DNA of 64,000 bases from the NCBI RefSeq assembly GCF_009914755.1, contig NC_060926.1, one strand, 5' to 3'. Below, one piece after another: positions 13,978-32,286 of the stretch. This DNA comes from the human T2T-CHM13v2.0 reference genome, Homo sapiens. Both the position numbers and the translations under genes were made by a program. The notes below the pieces were generated by a model. That model did no database searches and was not told the DNA's origin. It saw only the letters and a list, made by a program, of their open reading frames with translations. Within the stretch, counting starts at the first letter, position 1; every line of letters begins with the position of its first letter.

Positions 13978-16275
13978 TGTATTAGTCCATTTTCATGCTG
14001 CTTATAAAGACCTACCAGAGACTGGGCAATTTACAAAAGAAAGAAATTTAATGGACTTAACAGTTCCACATGGCTGGGAAGGCCTTACAATCATGGCAGA
14101 AGGCAAGGAGGAGCAAGTAACATGTTATGTGGATGGCAGCAGGAAAAGAAAGAGAGCTTGTTCAGGGAAACTCCTGTTTTAAAACCATCAGAACTTGTGA
14201 GACTTATTCACTATCAAGACAACAGCATGAGAAAGACCCACCCCCATGATTCAATTACCTCCCACCAGGATCCTCCCACAACATGTGGGAATTGTGGGAG
14301 TTATAATTCAAGATGAGATTTGGGCAGGGACACAGCCAAACCATATGATTCCACCCTGACCCCTCCCAAATCTCATGTCCTCACATTTCAAAACCAAGCA
14401 TGCCCTAACAACAGTCCCGCAAAGTCTCATCATTAACTCAAAAGTCCACAGTTCAAAGTCTCATCTGAGACAAGGCAAGTCCCTTCCACCTATGGGCCTG
14501 TAAAGTCAAAAGCAAGTTAGTTACTTCGTAGGTACAGTGAGGGTACAGGCATTGGGCAAATACAGCCATTTCAACTTGGAGAAATTGGCCAAAATAATGG
14601 GACTACATTAAGTCCAAAATCCAGTGGGGCAGTCAAATCTTAAAACTCCAAAATGATCTCCTTTGACTCCATGTCTCACATCCAGGTCTTGCTGTTGCAA
14701 CAGGTGGGTTCCCATGGTCTTAGGCAGCTCTGCCCCTGTGGCTTTGCAGGGTACAACCTCCCTCCTGGCTGCTTTTACAGACTGGCATTGAGTGTCTGTG
14801 GCTTTTCCAGGTGCACGGTGCAAACTACTAGTGGACTTAACATTCTGGGGTGGAGGGATGGTGGCCCTCTTCTCACAGTTTCATTAGGCAGTCCCCCAGT
14901 CGTTACTTTTTGTGGGGGCTTCAAACCCACATTTCCCTTCTGCACTGTCCTAGCAGAGGTTCTCTGTGAGGGTCCTGCCCCTGCAGCAAACTTCTTCCTG
15001 GACATCCAGGCATATCCATACAGCCTCTAAAATCTAGGGGGAGGTTCCCAAACCTCAATTCTTGACTTCTGTGCACCCACAGTCTCAACCCCACATGGAA
15101 GCTGCCAAGGCTTGGCACTTGCGCCTTCTGAAGCCATGGTGTGAGCTGTACTTTGGCTCCTTTTGGACACGGCTGGAGCAGTTGGGATGCAAGGCACCAA
15201 GTCCCTAGGCTGCACACAGCAGGGGGCCCTGGGCCTGGCACACAAAACCATTGTTTCCTCCTAGGCCTCCAGCCTGTGGTGGGGAGGGACTGCCATGAAG
15301 ACCTCTGACATGCCCTGGAGACATTTTCCCCATGGTTTTGGGGATTAACATTTGGCTCCTCATTACTTATGGAAATTTTTGCAGCTGGCTTGGATTTCTC
15401 CTCAGAAAATGGGATTTTCTTTTCTATCACATAGTCAGACTGCAAATTTTCCAAGCTTTTATGCTCTGTTTCCCTTTTAAAACTGAATGCCTTTAGCAGT
15501 GCCTAAGTCACCTCTTGAATGCTTTGCTGCTTAGAAATTTCTCACACCAGATACGCTAAATCATCTCTCTAAGGTTCAAGTTCCACAAATCCCTAGGTCA
15601 GGGCAAAATGATGCCAGTCTCTTTGCTAAAGCATAACAAGAATCACATTTCCTCCAGTTCCCAACAAGTTCCTCATCTCCATCTGAAACTACCTCAGCCT
15701 GGACTTTTTTGTCCATATTGCTATCAGCATTTTGGGCAAAGCTATTCAACAAATCTCTAGGGAGTTCCAAACTTTCCCACATTTTCCTGTCTTCTTCTGA
15801 GCCCTCCAAACTGTGCCAACCTCTGCCTGTTACCCAGTTCTAAAGTTGCTTCCACGTTTTTAGGTATCTTTTCAGTAGCAATCCACTCTACTGGTACAAA
15901 TTGACTGTATTAGTCTGTTTTCATGCTGCTGATAAAGACATGCCTGAGACTGGAGAATTTACAAAAGAAAGGAGTTTAATTGACTTAGAGTTCCACATGG
16001 CTGGGGAGGCCTCACAATCATGGCAGAAGGCAAGGAGGAGCAAGTCACATCTTAATGGATGGCAGCAGGCAAAGAAAGAGAGCTTGTGCAGGAAAACTTT
16101 TATTTTTAAAACCACCAGATCTCGTGAGACTTACTCACCATCATGAGAACAGCATGGGAAAGACCCGTCCCCATGATTCAACTACTTCCCTCCAGGTTCC
16201 TCCCACGCCACGTGGGAATTGTGGGAGTTCCAATTCAAGATGAGCTTTGGGTGGGGACACAGCCAAACCATATCA
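13978..16275 (-). mobile_element. Full THE1 (MaLR) element: LTR 13978-14348, internal region, LTR 15906-16275
   Basis: Two ~370-bp THE1 LTRs and 5-bp TSD ttatt (13973-13977, 16276-16280). The empty site is visible in the paralogous sequence at ~40030. Confidence 0.93.
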
Positions 16276-16700
16276 TTATTGAATTTGATTTGCTAAAATA
16301 TTGTTTTACATTTTTGTATCTAAGGTCATGAGGGTCTGTAGTTTTTCTATATTGTCACATCTTTATCTTGTTTTGGTATTGTGGTAATGTTGGTCTCACA
16401 GAATGAATCAGGATATTTCGCATGCCTCTGTTTTTTTTTTTTTCCATCTGAATTATATTTTATTTTATTTTTTTATTTTATTTTTTATTATTGTTATTAT
16501 ACTTTAAGTTTTAGGGTACATGTGCACATTGTGCAGGTTAGTTACATATGTATACATGTGCCATGCTGGTGCGCTGCACCCACCAACTCGTCATCTAGCA
16601 TTAGGTATACCTCCCAATGCTATCCCTCCCCCCTCCCCCCAACCCACAACTGTCCCCAGAGTGTGATGTTCCCCTTCCTGTGTCCATGTATTCTCATTGT

Positions 16701-20538
<3,838 letters not shown>

Positions 20539-20586
20539 TTATTTTGCTCGTTAGTTGATGCAGTTTCTTCCTAGTCTTGATGGTCT

Positions 20587-21603
20587 TTACATTTTGGCAT
20601 GATTTTGCAGCGGGTGGTACCGGTTGTTCCTTTCCATGTTTAGCACTTCCTTCAGGAGCTCTTTTAGGGCAGGCCTGGTGGTGACAAAATCTCTCAGCAT
20701 TTGCTTGTCTGTAAAGTATTTTATTTCTCCTTCACTTATGAAGCTTAGTTTGGCTGGATATGAAATTCTGGGTTGAAAATTCTTTTCTTTAAGAATGTTG
20801 AATATTGGCCCCCACTGTCTTCTGGCTTGTAGGGTTTCTGCCGAGAGATCCGCTGTTAGTCTGATGGGCTTCCCTTTGAGGGTAACCCGACCTTTCTGTC
20901 TGGCTGCCCTTAACATTTTTTCCTTCATTTCAACTTTGGTGAATCTGACAATTATGTGTCTTGGAGTTGCTCTTCTCGAGGAGTATCTTTGTGGCGTTCT
21001 CTGTATTTCCTGAATCTGAATGTTGGCCTGCCTTGCTAGATTGGGGAAGTTCTCCTGGATAATAGCCTGCAGACTGTTTTCCAACTTGGTTCCATTCTCC
21101 CCATCACTTTCAGGTAAACCAATCAGACGTAGATTTGGTCTTTTCACGTAGTCCCATATTTATTGGAGGCTTTGCTCATTTCTTTTTATTCTTTTTTCTC
21201 TAAACTTCCCTTCTCGCTTCATTTCATTCATTTCATCTTCCATTGCTGATACCCTTTCTTTCAGTTGATTGCATCGGCTCCTGAGGCTTCTGCATTCTTC
21301 ACGTAGTTCTCGAGCCTTGGTTTTCAGCTCCATCAGCTCCTTTAAGCACTTCTCTGGATTGGTTATTCTAGTTATACATTCTTCTAAATTTTTTTCAAAG
21401 TTTTCAACTTCTTTGCCTTTGGTTTGAATGTCCTCCCGTAGCTTGGAGTAATTTGATCATCTGAAGCCTTCTTCTCTCAGCTTGTCAAAGTCATTCTCCC
21501 TCCAGCTTTGTTCCGTTGCTGGTGAGGAACTGCGTTCCTTTGGAGGAGGAGAGGTGCTCTGCTTTTTAGAATTTCCAGTTTTTCTATTCTGTTTTTTCCC
21601 CAT
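20587..21603 (-). pseudogene. L1 ORF1 with premature stop
   Basis: ATGGGGAAAAAACAG at 21603. GAA>TAA at 21162-21160 in the LQEIW motif. The C-terminal 186 aa remain open. Confidence 0.9.
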
Positions 21604-22058
21604 CTTTGTGGTTTTATCTACTTTTGGTCTTTGATGATGGTGATGTACAGATGGGTTTTTGGTGTGAATGTCCTTTCTGTTTTTTAGTTTTCTTTCTAAC
21701 AGACAGGACCCTCAGCTGCAGCTCTGTTGGAATACCCTGCTCTGTGAGGTGTCAGTGTGCCCCTGCTGGGGGGTGCCTCCCAGTTAGGCTGCTCGGGGGT
21801 CAGGGGTCAGGGACCCACTTGAGGAGGCAGTCTGTCCGTTCTCAGATCTCCAGCTGCGTGCTGGGAGAACCACTGCTCTCTTCAAAGCTGTCAGACAAGG
21901 ACATTTAAGTCTGCAGAGGTCACTGCTGTCTTTTTGTTTGTCTGTGCCCTGCCCCCAGAGGTGGAGCCTACAGAGGCAGGCAGGCCTCCTTGAGCTGTGG
22001 TGGGCTCCACCCAGTTCAAGCTTCCCGGCTGCTTTGATTACCTAATCAAGCCTGGGTA

Positions 22059-22367
22059 ATGGCGGGCGCCCCTCCCCCAGCCTCGTTGCCGCCTTGCAGT
22101 TTGATCTCAGACTGCTGTGCTAGCAATCAGCGAGACTCCATGGGCGTAGGACCCTCCGAGCCAGGTGCGGGATGTAATCTCGTCGTGCGCCGTTTTTTAA
22201 GCCCGTCGGAAAAGCGCAGTATTAGGGTTGGAGTGACCCGATTTTCCAGGTGCCGTCCGTCACCCCTTTCTTTGACTCGGAAAGGGAACTCCCTGACCCC
22301 TTGTGCTTCCCGACTGAGGCAATGCCTCGCCCTGCTTCGGCTCGCGCACGGTGCGCGCACCCACTGA
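22059..22367 (+). CDS. L1 ORF0-like antisense ORF (102 aa) under the L1 antisense promoter
   Basis: MAGAPPPASLPPCSLISDCCASNQRDS... matches the ORF0 N-terminus; the C-terminus is longer than the 71-aa L1HS form. Expression unknown. Confidence 0.6.
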   Translation: MAGAPPPASLPPCSLISDCCASNQRDSMGVGPSEPGAGCNLVVRRFLSPSEKRSIRVGVTRFSRCRPSPLSLTRKGNSLTPCASRLRQCLALLRLAHGARTH

Positions 22368-24081
22368 CCTGCGCCCACTGTCTGGCATTCGCTAGTGAGA
22401 TGAACCGGGTACCTCAGATGGAAATGCAGAAATCACCTGTCTTCTGCGTCGTTGCTCACGCTGGGAGCTGTAGACCTGAGCTGTTCCTATTCGGCCATCT
22501 TGGCTCCTCCCTCTGTTTTCTGGACTAGATTGTGAGAAACTGGTATTATTTCTTCCTTCAGTGTTTGGTAGAATTTATCAGTGAAGTCATCTGAACTTTA
22601 CCTTTTTGTTTCTGGGAGCATTTGAATTCAAAATTCAATTTGAATTTAAAAGGTACAGATTATGTCATTTGTGTTATTAATTTCTTCTTGTGTAAAGTCT
22701 GACAGCTTGTGTCTTTTAAGAAATTTGTCCATTTCATATAAGCTGTAGATTTTATTGGCATGAATTTGTCCATATTCTCTTATCATTTTAATACCTGTAG
22801 AATCTATGGTGATACTACCTCTCCCATTCCCGGTATTGGTAATTTATATCTTCTGTCTTTTTTTTCCAATCAGCCTGGCTAGACATTGGTCAGGTTAATT
22901 GATCTGCCCCAAAAGTGAGCTTTGGTGTCATTGGTTTTCTCCATTGTTTTTCTATTTCCTATTTCATTGATTTCTACACTGAAGTTAGCCTCCAGGGAAG
23001 GTAGATCACTCACTGTCATGTTTGTTTTTCAAGGACAGTCATCTACCAGTGCGCCAGTCACCAAGGGACAGGTGACTAAACAATGTCTAGTACCCATTAA
23101 TGTGTCCTGGAGGGAGCCATCTTGTGCTCCTACAAGAATTATGCCCTGAGGTTGGCTGCTGATTCCCTCACTAAATGTTCCTCAGGGTGTTACCTCACAC
23201 ACACTGCTGGGCTAATCCATGGAAATCTCCATGATGTAATTCAGCCCAATGCAACAAGAATTCCGTGAACTTCCTCTATGCCAAGTATAGCATGGGTGCT
23301 GTGGAAGGAGGATGAAAATAGGAAGAAGACATAACCTCTGTCTTCAAGGGGTGCTCAGGATACTGGGGGTGACCAATACATATTCCTGAAACAAGGCACC
23401 AGACCGATGGGGTGAGCCCACAGCAGAGGCCTACAGCTCTGTTTAGAATGAGGAAGCAGAGCAGGCTGAGAGAGGCAGCTCAGCAGAGTGCTTAGGCAAG
23501 CATAGGGCCACGACTCCCCACTGCAGGCAACATATCTGAGGAAAGCCATTTACAATAGGTGATGGTCACATTCCATCAAATCTCTGGAAGGGTTCATGGA
23601 GGTGGGGTTTTCAATCTTATTTCAGCCTTTCAAAGGCCTCTCAGGGTTTGGAAATGGAAGCAACAATGTCTGTGCATTGCAGAGACACAGGTGAGCCCCC
23701 ATTTCCTGCCAGTTAGGAAGTCAGTGCTGAGGGCCTTACTGTATGTCCTTGGCACATGAGATGCCAGTTCCTTTCTGGGCAGAGAGCTTTTGGTTGTCTG
23801 AGGATAACATTGAAACTTTGCTTTGAAATGCATTTCAAAAATATGAACTTTATTCAAATTTACTTTCCTTTTTTCATTCTGAATTCTTAAGGTCCAAAAG
23901 CATTGCTGAATAATTCTGCTTCTAAACCCCCATTGCAGCACAGGGCATGAACTGTCCCCAGGGCAAAGAACATAAGGTAGTCTTGTGTGGAAAACATACA
24001 AGTAGGTATCTCAGCAAATGCTACCTACTGTATCACAGTAGCTTAGAATCACAGCTGCTCACTCTGGGCTGAAGTTCTCTG

Positions 24082-24976
<895 letters not shown>

Positions 24977-25167
24977 TGAATATTTAAAAAGATTTCTTAC
25001 TGAACTGGGATTTGACATTTGTGTTTATTGCATCTAAAATTTCTTTTCTATGTAAAAAATTATTTTGTGCCTTCCACATGCTTGTTAGTTAGCAACTTTT
25101 ATATAATGGCCTCATTAATATGTATGTCTATACAGTTGGTTGGTTAATTGTTCATAATTTCCACTGC

Positions 25168-25280
25168 ATTTTTTTTTTTTTTTTTTTTTTAGAAACACGG
25201 TTTTGCTATGGTGCCCTGGCTAGACTCAAACTCCTGGGCTCAAGTGATCCCCCTATGTAAGCCTTCCAAGCAATTATGAC
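25168..25280 (-). mobile_element. Alu monomer (FLAM/AluJ fragment)
   Basis: Poly-T followed by a diverged Alu arm (ctcaaactcctgggctcaagtgatcc). Confidence 0.75.
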
Positions 25281-25689
25281 CTTTTTAGTATTTTTGGAAA
25301 AATACTTAAAACCACAATAAGAAATGAAACTTTCATTTTAGCTAATCCTGTAATACCTGCTACAGTAAAATGCTCTTTGCAGTTTTGTATGCATGTGTTT
25401 CCATTTATTGAAATTACTTTATATATAAGCATATATGTAAATGTTTACACTTATTTTATTAAAATCAAATCTATCAGGCTGGACATGTTGTCTTTGCCAT
25501 GATTTTTTACTTGCCAGTAAATCAGAGACAACTTTACAGATTTGATATGTTCTTTTAATAATTGATAAAAGTCTTTACTTTGGATGCAACATAGTTGCAA
25601 GCTTTCCCAGATGTTTTTCTGCTAAAGATTTGGCTAACTTCTTCAAAACAACAATAATAAACAGATGTTGTCTTTCTTTGACCCTGAAG

Positions 25690-26505
25690 AAAGTATAAAG
25701 CAAAATGCCTTTAGCCACCCAAAACAGTGTTACCATGACGTTTGGTCTCGTCCAGTCTGCTTTTGATTTGACTGGATCGCTTTCGTTTCTTGGTAGCCAT
25801 TGCTTTGATTGTGCTTTGTCTTCAGGGTCTTACTGGTAAAGCTATGTTTCATCTCCTGTTACAATTCTTTGAAGAGATGCTTCAAGGTCTGGATCCCACT
25901 TGTTTATAATTTCCATTGAAGGGTCTGTTCTTGTCTGCAGATGATCTGGCTGTAACGGTTTTGGCACCCAACAAGTGGAAAATTTGTTCAACTGAAATTT
26001 TTGTCAGAATTGTTTAAACTGATCTGATTGAAATTTCTGTTGTGTTGGCTATTGTTTCTGCTGTTAATTGTCAGTCCTCTTCAGTTAGAGTATGAGCAAG
26101 ATTAATTGTTTCCTTGTGAATTGATGTATGGATGGTCTGCTGGTGTGGGCTTCATCTTCACCATCATCTTGTCCCTTCTTAAAAGGAATTGCCCATTTGT
26201 AAACTGCTAATTTTTTGGAGCATTTTCCCCATTAACTTTCTGTAAAGCATCAGTGATTTCACCGTTCTTCCCTCATGTCTCAGCATAAATTTTAGGCTAT
26301 TGCTTCAATTGTAGCAGAATTCATGTTGTTTTGATGGGGACTTCTTTCCAACTGATGTCTTATCCTTCTTAGTGCCTCAAACTAGATCCTACTCAGACAT
26401 GTTTTAACAAGTTAGCATAAGTTTGTTTTGGTGCAAAGAAATTTGAAATCCATGCTTAAGTTTTTCATAATATGCATTTTCATTAATCGTGTGATGATCC
26501 CTCAT
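25690..26505 (-). mobile_element. HSMAR2-like mariner DNA transposon fragment
   Basis: Resembles the recalled HSMAR2 consensus (tcctgttacaattctttgaagagatgcttc...gatctggctgtaacggttttggcaccc), with a degenerate TIR near 26480-26505. Confidence 0.7.
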
Positions 26506-28244
26506 CTATTACTTTTATAGGGATGGGCCACGCATTTTTGTTCATTGTTCTGGCTTCTTACAAGGTTCAGTAGACTTTGTAACACAGTTGTGTCTCTCAC
26601 AGATTGGCAGATGTTTGGTAAAGGATTGACTTTTCAGCCAACTCATGGGAAAGTGAAATAATGTAAAAAACAGGAAGAATACAGTTTTAGGCCTTTCAAG
26701 TGAGGCATGGCTTTCAGCTCTTGGCAAGAACAGGCAAGGAGATGCAAGTTTTAGGACTCTAAGAGGCTAGGCTTTTCAAAGTGCTTCTCTCCCCTTCACC
26801 CTCCTTCAGTTACAGCACCAAGCACCACCGAGGTGTTACCTGCAGCCTCACTCTCTACCTGGTTGTGGGATCCTGCCACTTCCTTAACCCACACTGAGTT
26901 CCTTGTGGTTCACAGGGTCACACAGAGGGCTGTAGAGATACGAAAGATATATGTGATTTTATATCACCTATCATATGAAGATATATTTATAAAATAGGAA
27001 ACATATTAACCACTTATCATTTTATATATTTATGGTTTTATGTGTCAAAAATATATTGTTTCATGTATGTATTAAAGGATAAGTATGTATAAGAGGTTTT
27101 ATAGATGTGTAAAATTATATATTTATACGTATCTTTACAAATTTAAGAATAAAGGAAGGAAAATTCTCAAAGAGGAATTCAGATATCAAGCAGTGCCCTT
27201 TGACCAAGAGCCTTGGTTACAACATACCTACAAAAGTGAACTATCATTGAAAGACCTATGGACACTGGATTTCTCTTTCCTTATTTAGAAGGGCAGTCTG
27301 TGTCTTGGAAAAGCATACAGTTTGTTGTATCTTGCTGGACAACAGGAGTCATAGTCTGAAGTGTCTGATGAGAAGGAAGCATCACTTGATGCAGTGTGCA
27401 TCTGTGCCCATGTATGTGCACGTGTGTTTGTGTGTGTGCATGCACACATGTGTCTGCATGCAGTGTCTCAGATCCTACATAGGGGTTTTTCCTGAAGGTC
27501 TCCAGTAGCAAAAACTCATTGAGTCTATCCAGGGGAATTACATCCAATGCCGTAATTAAATACTTTAATGAAGATGGCAGATCATCATTCAAGAGAACAT
27601 CAGGATAATTTTAATTGAAAAAAAGAAAAAAGGAATCACTCCCAGGGTTTTTTAGTTTTTGGTGAGTTCCAGCAGAATTGATGACTAGGTCCAGTAGGAA
27701 GGAATTCAGGATTACTCTGTACCATCCAGGGTGAGTGTAGCTCTGAAGAACTGCGGGTGGGAAGTGACTTCACAGCAAGAAAAGATCTGGGCTTCCCCCA
27801 TTGCTCTAAGATCTGGTTCCATTGTGAGATTCAAATTAAGAGTAAGCTGTTAATGGGCAAGCCCAAGGTCTCCCACCAAGATTATTCAATTCAACTTCTT
27901 TTTTTTTTTTAATCAAACATATGGCAAGGAGAGACTATAGTGTGATGAACACCTATATATCCATCTTTGTGTTACATAATTTTCAATATTTTATTATACT
28001 GATTCATGTATCTGCTCTTTTGTTTCTTTTTTAAAAAAACTTCTGGCTATAATTTTTTAATGGAAATGCTGTACATATCATTCTATCCCCAAATACTTCA
28101 CTAAATATGAAAAATAAGGAAATTCTGTTACATAGCCACAATATCATTATCATTCCTCACAGAATCAATACCTCTTTAATATTGTCTCACTCATAATCTA
28201 TAATGAAATTTCCCCTAATTGTCTCAAAAATGTCTTTTACATGC

Positions 28245-28635
28245 AGATCAGTAGAATGGAGTTGAGAATCCAGAAATAAACCCATACATCCTTGGCCAAT
28301 TGATTTTTACTGTGGTGCCAAGACTGTTCAAATGGGAAAGAATAATCTCTTCAACAGAGGTCACTGCAACAGCTGCATATCCACATGCAAAATAATGAAG
28401 TTGCACCCTTATATGCAAAAACTAACTTGAAATGGATCAAATAGCTAAATAGAAAAGCTAGAAGTGTAAAAGTTTAGAAGGAAACATTTGGGCAAGTATT
28501 AATGACCTGGATTTCTGGGATGTGACACCAAAAGTATCAGAAACACCAACAAAAACAACACAGACATATTTGACATCAAAATAAAAAACTTTCGTGCATC
28601 AAGGGACACTATCACGAGAGTGAAAAGACAACTCA
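28245..28635 (+). mobile_element. Old L1M ORF2 fragment
   Basis: ccagaaataaacccata...aaatggatcaaa...aaaaactttcgtgcatcaagggacactatc. Confidence 0.75.
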
Positions 28636-28695
28636 CATGGCTTCCCTCGCTAAGATGTGCAAACAAACGTATACATGCTTGACATGGAGGCTCCT

Positions 28696-29867
28696 GGGAG
28701 GCGATCACAATCCTCAATGACCTGAAGTCCCAAAATCTTGAATGTTAAGATCCTGAAAGATCAATGTCCCACAAATATAATTCCAGAAAAAATAACTTTA
28801 AAAATTCTTTAAAAGATATCTGTTTACATTTTAAATGGGGATTTATTTGAAAAATATATAAAAACAGGACAGAACACTTCATAGGCCACTTTACACCCTA
28901 AAATATATAATAATAATACATATTTTTGCAAGCTTAAACCCTCAGGTGTACTAATGACTGTCACATAGGTGTATCACTTGTGAGCAGATGAATCATATTC
29001 ATAGAATAACAGGTCAAAAAAAGAAAAGTATAAACATATATCATTGTGGTTGGTAATTGTGTGCACTCAGCTTTACAGCTCTGATCATCTGACATACCTT
29101 GAAAAATGAACAGAGACTTTTCATGAGGTCAGTCAAAAACCTCTATGGGTCACCACCACATACACAGTTGCTCAAAGTGCCCAAGTCTTGAGAGCCTCAC
29201 CCTCACACGTAGCTGGGATTACAGGCATCCACCACCACACCTGGCAAATTTTTATAGTTTTAGTAGAATGGGGTTTAGCCATGTTGGCCAGCTTGGCCTT
29301 GAACTCCTGACCTCAGGTGATCCGCCCACCTCGGCCTCACAAAGTACTGTGATTACAGGCATGAGCCACCACGGCCGCCTGAGAAATTTTATCTTTCACA
29401 AATACAGATATACAAAAGGGACATCTCTTCATTTATTGAGGACGTTACAACGTTTTTACATACATGCCTAATGCTTACACACGGTTAACCCTTTGATAAC
29501 GCACTTTCATGGAGTCAAATTTGTGACCATAAAATGAATTCGAATTCTCTAAAAGTCTCCACACACTTTCTGCCTTTGGTATTGGAAATGATGTGCAGAT
29601 GAAATACATATAGCATAGCAAATTGCAAAAAGAATGCTGACAATGTAATCCTGTGAAAAAACCTAAAAAGAAGAAAAAGTAAAAGGAAAAAACTCCAAAT
29701 TAACCTATGCTGTGATTGTGATTTTTGGGATTTTAGCTGTTAGAGAGTTTAGATTTTAGGGAGTTAGACCTTTGGGATTTGGATCCTTAGGGAATTGATA
29801 TTTTGGAATTCAACATTCAGAATTATGGGTTTTGGGATTATGTCTTTCAGGATTATGATCCAAACCC
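28696..29867. mobile_element. Ricksha-like (MuDR-type) non-autonomous DNA transposon with a nested Alu fragment (~29208-29380, minus)
   Basis: Right end reads gggtttggatcataatcctgaaagacataatccc on the minus strand, with subterminal tttgggatt repeats. The left end gatcacaatcc... is the inverted counterpart. Confidence 0.7.
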
Positions 29868-30278
29868 TATAGCATCTTGTTTGTTAGCATAACGTGTACA
29901 AATTTTAGATACATCTCTGCACCCCAGCAGAGCATCACGAAATTGAGTAGTTTACAGCACAGCTTCTTAACCTATCTGTGACTAAGGAATAACACAAAAA
30001 GTTTTCTGCAATTCATTATAGATCCATGTTTTTCTGTAACATATAAAAAAAAAATGCTACAAAGTGAAATGAAATCAGACTATAAAATGCAAAACAACAG
30101 AGGATTGCTTGGCTGACAGCAACACCAATTGCTACAGGAATTTCTAAGTATTTCCTGCAGGGTCTGCACCCGTGCTGAGATGGGCGGGTAACACAATGAG
30201 CTGGAAACCATACCTTGAGCAGCACTGTTTTAGACCCAATCCAATGGTGCTATGTGAGTAGTGTTTAATCAGAAATAA

Positions 30279-30621
<343 letters not shown>

Positions 30622-31324
30622 TTAGTGATCACCAGGGCAAAGTCTATCATCAGCTACCAGTTTTCCTTATAACCTTGTGTTTTGGGAACCTAGCAACCCT
30701 TCTGCCCACTAAAGTGATAACTCATGCAGGTTTGCCCAGAATATTCCCAGTTTAACACTGGAAGTCTCATGTCCCGGGAGACTCCTCGTTCCCCAAGGAG
30801 CAGGGACAGCAGGTCACTGTCACTGGAGCACTGGAAGCTGGCCACATCACTAGGAGATTCAGAAGGGGCACGACTTAAGGAGGCTCATGCTTCTCTTATC
30901 TTCTGCTTTCTGCTGTCATTTCCAATGGGTGACAAGTTCCTTCCACGCAGAAGCCAGGCCAGGAGATAAAGTCATCTTGTCCTAGAAAAACTGTTAAGAA
31001 AGAAGGGAAACTGTCTAGTGTGTTTCGCCAAAAGAGTTTCACAGACTCTTCTCTTATTGGGGATATGGGGGTGGATGATCACTGTCCTGGTCTCCCTGAA
31101 GCAAGGACACCTCTCTGGCCTCAGGGTGCCTGTCAGGCAAGTCTCTCCTGTCCCTGGAGGTTCACAGAGCCCCATCCCTGCAAGAGCAATGCTAAGTGGG
31201 GTTGGCTTTGAGCCCCAGCCATTCTCTTAACAATTCTTTTAGTTAAGTATCAGTTCCCTCATCCCCCCACTCCAGCATTTTTTGCCTCTTGCTATGATCA
31301 GTTTTCTCACTTTCACTTTTACAC

Positions 31325-32250
31325 CTCTGATCACTGAAAAATTACAGAATTATAAGTTTGGAAAAGGAGTCTATATTTCTTGGAAAAGGTTACAACCTTC
31401 AAGGTGGCCATCTAGCTGGCTGGGAAGCATGACCTCTGGCAAATACCAGAGACAGGCCCTTGAAAGGAGAAGGGATGGGGTAGGAGCTTTATGCTGAACA
31501 AACTGGGTAAACATACATATTCACCAGGTTACAGAAGGAGCTATGAATATTTATGAAGGCCATCCTGACTCATGCGTATTGAACACACATGCATGTTACA
31601 TATGACCCATGTTCACCCTGGGGTGGAGACATCATATTTAAATGGATTACAATTAGGCCCTATACATCAAAAGGTCTTTTCAGGGCACAAAGGCACTCAA
31701 ATTCACAGTCTCTGTAAATTGGCCAGAACCAGTCTGTGATCACCAGTCACTGGTCTTCTTACCAGGAGAAAGTTACTGAAATCAGCCTCTTGTCCAACGA
31801 AAGCTGTATTTGTGGCTTATGGAACAAGGGATGGGCATCAGTTAGCATCTGGTGGAGCTGCACTTGTTTAACATTGTTTTTCTCTAGACCTGTGCTTATT
31901 TAGCTGCTAGAGAAAAAGAAAAACTCTGTGGCAGTCAGAACATAGTTGATTCTTTAAGTGTAGGCGCCCATGACTCAACTCTTGCTTGGCGTGGCTTGAG
32001 GTCTTGTGTGTAGTTTGGTATCTGATGGCCACAAAAAGTCCATTGTATCCGTCTCATCTCTATTTTAACATTAAAGCGGGTCAGTTGTGTTTATACCACA
32101 AAAGGGAGGGAGTGTGATGAGGCGTGTCCAGGCTTCTGTTCTGTCGTGGCTGTGACTCAGTTTTGGTTTCTCTGGGGTCTTTCTGGCCAGGAGGGGTCCA
32201 TTCACTTGTTGTGGGAGACGGGCGGCACTTAGTATTTTCTTTTCCGTTTA
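31325..32250 (-). mobile_element. ERV1 (MER4-group) solo LTR
   Basis: ~900 bp ending in tttaca, with MER4-group-like ggggtccattca and aaaagggagggagtgtgatgagg. Subfamily not resolved. Confidence 0.6.
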
Positions 32251-32286
32251 CACCTTCCTGGGCATCTGCATTAAGATGTGCAGATA

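Noticed and set aside
13730-16331. Multiple 60-177-aa ORFs in THE1/MST/Alu sequence (also 33-35k and 43-45k)
   Set aside because: Translations of non-coding or decayed repeat sequence with no coherent gene structure.
27405-27460. (TG)-rich tract as a Z-DNA regulatory element (paralog ~59590-59645)
   Set aside because: Short and heavily interrupted; no support beyond composition.
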